Assembly (NCBI GenBank): GCA_002245135.1
Contig: NGBS01000302.1
Span: 1 to 64,000 of the forward strand
DNA length: 64,000 nt
From: Proteromonas lacertae
Taxonomy: Eukaryota
Direction of reading: 5' to 3'
The translations under genes were made by a program, and so were the position numbers. The number at the start of each line of letters is the position of its first letter. Within the stretch, counting starts at the first letter, position 1. Of this stretch, positions 54,536-64,000 are shown one piece after another. A model generated the notes under the pieces. The model saw nothing but the letters and a program-made list of their open reading frames with translations. It was not told where the DNA came from and did no database searches.

Positions 54536-56165
54536 TCAACACCATTCAGCATCATCTTCATCTTGTTGTTGTTGTTGTAATGAGCTATTTCTATTACTAA
54601 TACTATTATTCGCAGGATTATTATTATTAAAGTAACTATTAGTATTATTATAATGATTCAATACATTTGCAAAGGAAGTTAAATCATTTGAACTTCTATT
54701 CCTTCCAAATCCATAACTTGTATTACTCAATGAAGATCCAGTTGGTGATCTTAATAAGATATCACCGTGTGATGATAATGGTATTGTCCTTAATACTACA
54801 CCATTGCTATTATGTGATTGTTGTTGTTGTTGTTGTTGTTGTTGTGGATGATGATTAAATGACGATGGTGATACTAATTGAGGTGGTAAGTTCACAGGAA
54901 AATTAATCAAATTAGAGAGTGGATTTGTAGATGATGGTAAGAATGATGATGGTGATCCTAAATCCTTATTTCCACTTGGTGTTGTAGTTGTAGCAGCTGA
55001 TGTTGTTGTTGTTGTTGTTGTAACAGTAAATGGTGGTGGTAATGGTGATGTTGGTGTGATCATATCTTCTATTGATAATATTGGATCAACCAAATGTTGC
55101 TGTTGTTGTTGTTGCTGTAGATGTTGTACTTTGAACAATGATTGAGATTGTTGTTGTTGTTGTTGATGTTGTTGATGATAATGATGTTGTGTGGATGATA
55201 ATAAATTCATATCTTTTTTCACTCTTTTTCTTGATTTAGATGGATCTACATATATAATTTGTATAACTTTTACATTGACTAGTGTATTACTAGAAGTATG
55301 ATGGGGATATTTCATTTCTATTGTATTATCCCATGCATAAGTAAATGCTTCTTGATCTCTCTTTATTTCACGGATTTGAGGTAATTTGTTATTAGTATTT
55401 TGATGGCCTTTATTATTATTATATACACTTACATTCTTACTATTTTCATTATTATTTCCACTACTACATCTATCACAGAATTTAAATTCATTTCGTTGAT
55501 ATATATCCCATAGATTCGTTTCAATATACCTTCTAACATCACTTAAATGATCAGTGTATTTATGTATAGAAATAGCACATTCTGGAAAGTCGGAGTTTAC
55601 TTCTTTTATATAAACTAATTCCAGATAGGATGGATCTGGTACAAATGGTGGTATAGATGATGCTATACCATTGGCTGGTGGTGATAGTGGTGGTGCAGGG
55701 TTGTTAATTGGCAAAGAAGAATCGGTTGGAGTCATTACTACATTAGATGTTTCTAAAATTTCTTTTTCTATTTGTAGATCTATTTAAACATATAAATAAT
55801 GAATAAATTTTACTTCCAAACTCATGAGACAATTTTTCTCTTGGTGAAAGAGCAGGTGATGTGTCACCGAGATGTTCATTGCTATTTATAACAATATTCT
55901 CTAATGATGACTTTTTGTTTTTCTTTGTTGTCTTAGTTAGCTTATGTTTTTCACAAGGATTACAAACTAGCCTTCTCTTATATCTAGGCCTTGAGCATAA
56001 TGTATTTGGAGCATGATCACACTTTGGATAACCAGGACATCTGCAGTGATTACAATTTGGTGTATTACACCAAGGACAATCTGAAGGCCTCGGCCCAGGT
56101 TTTTTAGGTCCTATTTGTGGTTCGTCGGATGGATATCGAACGGGTGCAGGCTGTAGTTGATTCAT
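54536..56165 (-). CDS. Cys/His-rich zinc-binding protein with poly-Q/T tail, transcription-factor-like
   Basis: N-terminal 8-Cys/His cluster with basic patch; an intron at ~55780-55813 joins the two ORFs in frame. Confidence 0.7.
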
Positions 56166-56250
56166 ATTTTAAATATGAATCTAACAAAATTATATCGTTT
56201 CATGCACTCAGATCGTGATTATTAATCATTAAAAAACCTCATAAATAATA

Positions 56251-57003
56251 ATGGCTTTCACCGGAAGAGTTATTAGTTATAGAGATGTATTATATTTTAT
56301 CTAGTTTTTTTTAGGGTATAGGAAGTTTAGTAAGAGATGATGGGAATGGTACTTTGTCATTTATACGGTCTTCTATCGAGAAATGTACTAGGATTAAAGC
56401 TGGTAGTACAGTTTCTTTTCATATTAGAAGTGTCAATGGCTCAATAATGGCAGATCACTTGCTAAATCTGCGATCAGTATATAGAAAAACAAAGTATAAC
56501 TGTATTTGTCATATAATGTAGAAAATATGGTCATATATCCTATAAAAATATCAAAAAAATATCAATATCAGCGAAAGTGAAAGATCTGCCGAAGTGGAAA
56601 GCTAGTGATTCTATTGGTATAATACTATGAACTATCTTGCATAGTAAATGCGAATAATAAGTGTTTAATATGTCTTGAACTGATCAAAGTGGGTGATAAT
56701 TTAACAACTCTACCGTGTTTTCATTATTTTCATGAAACGTGTATTGGTACTTGGCTTGATGCACATGTGACTTGTCCTTTATGTAAAAATCAAGCTATTA
56801 AAAAAGCAAAACATCCAGAAGTGCCAATCGAATATTCTTTTGGTATGGTGCAAGAGAATAGTGATTCATCTTCTTCTTCATCATCTTCTGTAGGATTTAT
56901 TTCTTCATCATATCTTCCTAATTTTGAAGATTTTTATGAAAGTATTCATAATGATTATTCTTTAACACATCCTCCTGTTAGGGTATTATCATATGATTTT
57001 TAA
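56251..57003 (+). CDS. RING-H2 E3 ligase with N-terminal cold-shock-like domain
   Basis: Spliced translation MAFTGRVISYRD/GIGSLVRDDGNGTLSFIRSSI...KAGSTVSFHI...GSIMADHL, then CLIC...LPCFHYFHETCIGTWL...CPLC. Confidence 0.75.
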
Positions 57004-57250
57004 ATTATCAATTTGTTGTTATGTAAATACGATTATAAGTAAATTATAATTTTCTCTCTTAAGTAATTATTAATTATTAAATATTTCACTCTAATATATA
57101 TATACTTATAGTTATTATATTAATATATTTTATTGGATTTAAATAAAAACAAAAAAACACAAAATTCAAAATCAAAATGAAATCAAGATAAAAAATAAAA
57201 TGTTAATTTAATACTAATATAAAACCCTCTTTATTTCTATACTTAACTAC

Positions 57251-58440
57251 TTAATTTACAGCAGTTAAACTAGTATGATAAGTTAACCAATTAGCTGTTA
57301 CTTGATCACTCCAAGATGAATCTTTTGGCCAAAATCCAGTTCCCCAGGCTAAATGACCACCTTCCTGTGTAATGATAACCATTAAGTTAGGATTAGTAGA
57401 TTCTATCTCCTTTTGAGAATCAATTATACGATATGGATAACAACATGGATCCTGAAGTGAAGATAACACCAACATTGGACAAGGACATGATAATAAGTCT
57501 TTATACATATCAGCACGTCTTGTATACTCATCAACAGATAATCCACTGATTGGTGCAAATAATGCTTCATCTAGTTCACTGATAGTATGAGCTTCACAAT
57601 ATTCATTGTAATTTTCATACTCCTTTAATACTTCACTACGGTTCAACAACATCTTTAAATTCTCACAAACTACTCGAGTATAGAATTTTCCTTCTAATGT
57701 ATTATCTTCATGATATTTCTGAAATGCATACATTGGTGGTGATTGTAATATCACGGATTGGAATGGACAGTTGTTTCCTTCTTCTCCTATATACACAGCC
57801 AAGTAATTTGTACCTAATGAAAATCCAATTGCATGTAAGGCTGTTTCTTTGGGTAAAACACTTTTAATGTAATTTACTGCGGTTCTTATTTCTACTGTAT
57901 TAACAGCTGAGAATGTCTTGGGTGTTTGGAGATAATTGTCGTTACAACCTCTTTGATTCATTACTACACATCTGAATCCTTTTTTCACACATTCTTCGAT
58001 TTGCCATTGGATGTAATCACATTGTGATCCACCACAAACTCCATGACAGAGAATTACAGTTGGAGTATTCTTATTGAAGCTATTAATGATATTATACTTT
58101 CATATATATACTCTTTTACAGTCCAATCAAGAATAATTTGACCTCCATCATCTAACTTTAGAAAATCTCTTTCATAAACCATTCGTTTACCATGAGGGTA
58201 TGATCTAAAGAGTTGGAAAAACATAGATTGTAAGTTTCCATTGAATAGAAGAGGACTTGACCTAAACGATTTAAGTTGTGGAATTTGCTTTAATTTTTGC
58301 TGGTTCTCTGGAGTATTTGAACAATAAATGATATTTGGGATATCATGGTTTGTAAGATACCTGTAGAGGACTTTGGCAACACAGTAAAACAAAATAAACT
58401 CTAAGATGTGCCAGCCATAGTATAATACTGTTTCAATCAT
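57251..58440 (-). CDS. Alpha/beta hydrolase, ABHD1/2/3 (Eht1) family
   Basis: GNLQSMF, DDGGQIILDW, HGVCGGS, MNQRGC, GFSLG nucleophile, DP, GGHLAW. Confidence 0.92.
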
Positions 58441-58694
58441 CACTTTAAAAAATTACTTAACAAAAAGAAGGTTTGGAAAATAAAGATAGATAAGCGGATT
58501 AGGTTTTAAAAAATAAAAAAACAAATCCCAATAATGCTTGAGATTAGTCAAACTCATTGTACAACCTTTTGAAATATATCCGATTGAATATATATTTATA
58601 TGTATTGTAAAAATGAATGTTATTTGTGTGCATTATAAACAATATTTACTTTACATAAATAAAAGATTATATATTTTATAATTAATTAAATATT

Positions 58695-60370
58695 TCACAT
58701 CTTGCCAATTAGTTTTGGATTGCAGTATATTGATTAAGGAAATAACAATTACTATTATTCAGATAGAAAAGTAAAAAAAGGATATATTTGCTTCAACAAA
58801 ACCTATTCTCCTCTTATCCAAATCAAATATCACATCATGACCTCTCATAAAATTATTACCCAATATATTTTTATTCAAAGGATAACTAGATTATAAAATT
58901 AAACAAAAATATACATTCCCAGACATATTCTCCCTGACAAAAACTTCCCATATGGACTCCACATGTAATTAAACGGTTTCACTGATATAGTAACAGAATT
59001 ACCAAAACTCATTACAATATCAGGAAATGTCTCAAAACTGGGGTTAGTATAACAAAATTTATCATTTCTACTATCAGTTAGTCTCTTTCCTCTACACTGG
59101 ATTCTTCCTACAATAATTATCTAAGCCTCTTACTATAATATCAACAACTTCATTACTAAAATAGGTTAAACTACTTCCACTATCAATCATAAAATTGTGG
59201 AATGAATTTAGTAGAATATTATCTCCTATTTTTAACATTGTTCCATCAATGAAGTAATAATCATTACTATCATAATTAGTATAAGAAATAGAGGATGATA
59301 AATGTTGAGATTTTTAAAAAGAATAAAATTAAAGAAATAATAATAATAATGAGGAAAAAAAGATATATCAATTCCTCCAAGTGTTATATATCCTCCATCT
59401 TCATATAAACACAATGTAAATATATGAGCTGGTAATTCTTTTTCATGAAATAAATAACTTACAAATGTATAAACTATATAATAAATAATAATAACAAAAT
59501 ACATTTTGGTGCTAGACCTAATATTCCATCAGCTAATTGAGATCTAAATAAACCTGTTTCTTTATGATGAATTCCAAAAGGGAAATGAATACCATATTTC
59601 TCAATATTTTCACTATCTCCATTAGGAGAAAAATCATTATTAATTGTATTACTATCCGTATTACCTAAATAGACAATATCATTTACATATTTTCCAACAT
59701 AACTACTTCCTTCACCATAAGACTATTTAAAACATAAATAATTATTAATATGATAGTAAATACTTGTATAAATTGAGTAATACCTTTTTTACATTTTGAT
59801 CGAGGCAAATCTAGTTTATTTGGACATGGTATTAGTTAGATAGTAGTAAAAGAAAATAACTATTAATTCATTAAAAAGATATAGAAGCAGTTTTTGAACT
59901 TTCCATATTATAATAAGGATTCAAATGCCTTCCACAATTACAACTATTAATATGTCAATAAAAAATCATACCCATTAGCTGGAACAGAAACTATACTACT
60001 TCCTGTATCAACAATTACTGTAAATCTCTGAGTTGGTGTACCTATAAACATTGTCGCATAGTAATATCTATGTATTTGTTATAATTATTAAATACCCTAT
60101 ATCTCTATTACCATTCAATGGGACTTTTGACATAAACGGTAGATATTTTTTTGTAGGAGGAATAGAAGCTGGTTGATTTGCTCCACGAAGATTAGATTTA
60201 GTAGGCTCTATAATTGTTTCTTTTCTAAGATCTCTTTTTACCGTTATTGGATTTAATGGGACTGATTCAGCTTTTTGGTTTGCATGTATTACAGGAAGCC
60301 TTATAAAAAGCGATTGATTAAATATAAAAACGACAATAATCAAAAATATGAATATGTATTTCAGTTTCAT
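58695..60370 (-). CDS. Secreted A1 aspartic protease, plasmepsin V/ASP5-like
   Basis: Signal anchor, GTPTQRFTVIVDTGSS, CNCGRHLNPYY, SYGEGS, ADGILGL, IDSGSS, LGNNFMRGHDVIFD..RIGFVEAN/C. Needs two AT-donor introns; several indels. Confidence 0.88.
58725..58785 (-). other. U12-type AT-AC intron, 61 nt
   Basis: Donor ATATCCTTT, branch site TTCCTTAAT, acceptor AC; removal yields RIGFVEAN|CNPKLIGKM*. Confidence 0.9.
59836..59882 (-). other. U12-type AT-donor intron (AT-AA as assembled, or AT-AC with a 1-nt indel), ~47 nt
   Basis: Donor ATATCTTT; removal yields SSKTAS|LIPCPNK in frame; no GT-AG solution found. Confidence 0.7.
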
Positions 60371-60550
60371 TATTTTTGTCAAAATAGATTTGAAGAATAA
60401 AAAAGAATCAAACACAGAATTTGATATGTGTTATAAAAAACAAATTAATAATTGTTTTATTCGTAGCAAATGGGTAAAATATAAAAACAAGAAGGAAGAA
60501 TAAAGAATTAATATGAATTACTTCAAATTGCTTATATATATCTAGTATTT

Positions 60551-62233
60551 TTACTGATTAAATCCAGTACGATATTCATTCACTAACGCTTCATATCCTA
60601 ATTTTATTAATAATCTTTCAAATTCTAACTTTTTTTCTCTTTGTTCCTGAATTGTGCTATATTGTAACATACAACCATATCCCTATATTAGTAATAATAA
60701 TAATAATAATAATAATAAATACATGCACAAAGGTATATAAAATCATTATTCCCATATTTAATAATAATCTACTTGAGAAATATGTTCTATCAGGAATAAC
60801 AGATACAAAATTATCAACATAATTATCATAACAATCGCCTTCTTTTAGGAAATTACACTATTTATAGTATATACATTAATGTTATTATTATTATAATATA
60901 CTCTATCTGAAATTGAATTATTAATACAACAATTTTCATATGTCTCTGAATAATTGGATATATAATGTCCAACAAAACAATGTAAGATCAAATAAAAACC
61001 TAATAAGCTCTAATATAAAGATTATCATGTATATAAATGTTTCATATCCTTCTTTCTTCTTTTCTTTGCATTTTAAAATTATTGTTTTAAAATTAATCGA
61101 ATAAATTAATAAAATTATTGAAAATACTAATTTTATTATGTATATATCCTTTGACATTAAATTAAAACCTATTCCACTTATAAAAACTAATTCATATATA
61201 TTCCATCCAATATATATCATTGATATTAACTATTAATATAAATATATATTATAATATATGAATTAATACACTTAATACTCCAGTGATAATGCAAAGCTTT
61301 CTATAATAAACTGACAATTCTGTTGTAGAGAAACAATCCAATTCATATGGATTTTGCTTTAATTTCTTTTTAATTAATTCTATTCCTTTTACTCGTATTG
61401 TGGAGGTAATATTTGATAATTTCTCTTCTTCTATTATCTCTTCAGGTATTTTGTTTTCATTTTCTAACATCTTCTTAGTAAAAGCTATATATAAAACCTA
61501 AGATATATATATGTATATTATTTAAATACAGGTGATAATCCACTAATTAACAAACTGAGAAACATTACTAATAATATAATCAAACATAACTTCATTAAAT
61601 GGATTATTTGCTATAGTATAGGATCCACACCCATATTTCTCCATAAAATCACAATCAACTGGATAACTGGTTGAATTGTCACAGCACATATCCGTATTTC
61701 ATTACACTTTGATTATTTGTTAACGATGACTATTGATTTTATTATACCTGATATTGTAAAAATATGTGTGCTTATAACAATCAGAGCCTAAAAGACACAT
61801 CATTCTCCATCTCTTTATTCCTAACACATATGATTCTCCATAATAAACACATATAAAAGTGCATATTATTACACAGACTATAGATATTAGAGGATACATC
61901 CCTGACTCTTTTTGAAGAATGTTGTGACCTATTATTTTAGTAATTGAATATACCCACTGATGATGTTTTATTGAATAAAATTATTCCATAACTTAAGAAT
62001 ATCAAACAACAAATCTATACACCAAAATATTCTTAATTATACTATATTAATACCAATAGTAATAAATTGTCCAATATTCCTGGGATAGTGAATGTAACTA
62101 GCATTAATTTCATTCATATACATGAGTTAAATATTAAAGAAATAAGCCTCAGCAAAGATATTCTTATTGATTAAAAGAAAATAACCATCTGCTGAAAATA
62201 GAACATTTTTCAATTTCTTCAAATAGTTTGCAT
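60551..62233 (-). CDS. Multi-pass membrane protein of unknown family, spliced
   Basis: Several hydrophobic exons joined by tiny introns; the start near 62233 needs an indel correction. Confidence 0.55.
62126..62161 (-). other. U12-type AT-AC intron candidate, 36 nt
   Basis: Donor ATATCTTT, branch-like TTCTTTAAT, acceptor AC; removal deletes an in-frame TAA and keeps frame (LLINKIMYMNEIN). Confidence 0.7.
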
Positions 62234-62490
62234 TTTTTTATGAATTGAAATAGAGTTTTATTCTACAAAACATTCAACAATAACTACATTCATTACAACA
62301 CAGATGAAAATCATTTTGTTTTTACTGTTTTCAAATATAATGAGTTAATATTTTCAACTATTTATCATTTTTATAATATTCTTATGTCGATTTGATCAAG
62401 AATAATCAAGAAATGATTTTTGAAGAAAAAAGGCGGGAAAGCTTGCTCATTCGAGCATGCAATTATCATTTTGATTCATTTCTTAATAAT

Positions 62491-64000
62491 ATGCCAAAGA
62501 CTCACAAATCTGATAGTACTGATAAAAGATTATCACCAGCAGGCTACTATCAAGTATGAAAGTAATGCTCTATCTAATAATAGAAATTAGCAACTAATCC
62601 AAGCGCTTCTCCTGGTCCATTACCATCCGATGAATGCACTCGTTTGACAGTATTTATACATTTATTACACTTTATAGGAACTGAATCAACACAATATAGA
62701 TTCATTCAACTATATGTTGGATACAGGTCTTCAATTAGCTATAGATGACTTGATGCCTGAACGAGTATAACATTATTTATTATATCTTTATTGATTTATA
62801 GCTAAAAGTTGGAGATGATGTGATTCAATTCAGAGTATCTGGTTATAACCTCGATTTTCCTAAAATATCAGATGGTGTATCAGTATCCAATACTAAAAAC
62901 TCTGTTCCAGTTTCAGATGACAGATTATTGCCACACATTTGCAGAGAAGCTGGTTTAACTTATGGAGGCAATTTCACATTAATTTTTGATGTTGATATTA
63001 ATGGTGAAACACACAAAATAGAGAAAAGTATGGGAATATTACCAATTATGGTGAAATCCAACAAGTGTCACTTGACTGGTATGAATCCACAACAATTAGT
63101 AGATGCACATGAAGAAAGTAATGAATTTGGAGGATATTTCATATGTAATGGAATTGAAAGATTAATCAGAATGTTACAAGTATATACTTATTATTATTAT
63201 TATTATTATGAATAATAGATTCCTCGTCGAAATTTCCCAATGGCATTTTCCGCGTTCCTCCTACACCAATCGTGGTCCAATGTATACTGATAAAGGTGTT
63301 AGTATAAGATGTGTAAAACACGATCAGAGTGCCAGTTTCGTGACTCTCCATTATATCAGTGATGGTAGAGTAACCTTAAGATTCTCCATTAGAAAACAAG
63401 AATACTTAGTGCCAGTGATCTATATATTAAAAGCCTTCAAATCCTGTACAGATAGAGAGATATATAATAAAATAATGAGAGGAGATAGTAGTAACATGTT
63501 CTTAGCTGATCGATTATCTATTATATTCAGAGAGAGTAGAAATAGTAAAATATTCACACAAGATGATGCTTTAACTTATATTGGATATAGGTTTAGATTA
63601 GTATTAGATCCTGGTGATGATATATCAGATAAAGAAATAGGACAATTGATATTAGATCGATATATATTTATACATTTAAATAACAATAATAATTCTAAGT
63701 TTGAGTTATTATTATTAATGTTACATAAGTTATATAGTTATGTGAATAATGAGATAGCTGCTGATAATCAAGATTCATTACAAAACCAAGAAATACTACT
63801 CTCAGGACATTTACTCACTGCATTTTTGAAAGATCGATTTGAATTCTTAATGTTGAATATAAAGAGACAATTGTTGAAGGAATATAATAGCAGTTTAAAT
63901 CAATACAAATATTAGTGGTAATAGAAGAGCAAGCAGTAAACCAAAACAACCATTTTCACTCAACATCAATGTATTTAGAAATGCATTGAGAGTACAAGGT
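62491..64000 (+). CDS. POLR1B: RNA polymerase I second-largest subunit, 5' part, runs off window
   Basis: NIDSFNYM, CREAGLTY, LPIMVKSNKCHL, EESNEFGGYFICNGIERLIRML, NRGPMYT, DSLQNQEILLSGHL. Confidence 0.95.

Overview
Very AT-rich, gene-dense eukaryotic (protist) DNA. Host genes are broken by tiny GT-AG introns, mostly about 27-40 nt. Intron size and gene content suggest an Opalinata-type stramenopile (Blastocystis/Proteromonas-like); this is inference only. The first ~6.9 kb is different: an intron-free integrated Polinton/Maverick-type (Polinton-like virus) segment cut by the left window edge. It carries one ~1,630-codon protein-primed B-family DNA polymerase gene that the ORF track splits in two, because of an in-frame TAA at 3849-3851 and a frameshift near 3625-3645, plus four orphan ORFs, one decayed. 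The rest holds about 28 host genes: a family of pseudokinase-LRR/LRR proteins with modular phase-1 LRR exons (two beside the virus, one deleted pseudogene copy), a kinase-pseudokinase tandem, a two-repeat CNBD K+ channel, USP, CDK, SERBP1-like, GPR180/TMEM145-like, ERCC1, CaMK, ACSBG, REP, CFAP157-like, sirtuin, TRAPPC4, a cold-shock-domain/RING fusion, ABHD, a plasmepsin-V-like protease and POLR1B. Three AT-donor minor-spliceosome (U12-type) intron candidates lie at 58.7-62.2 kb. Many single-base indels in conserved genes point to assembly errors, so frameshift-based pseudogene calls are provisional. Coordinates of spliced genes are hand-derived outer bounds.
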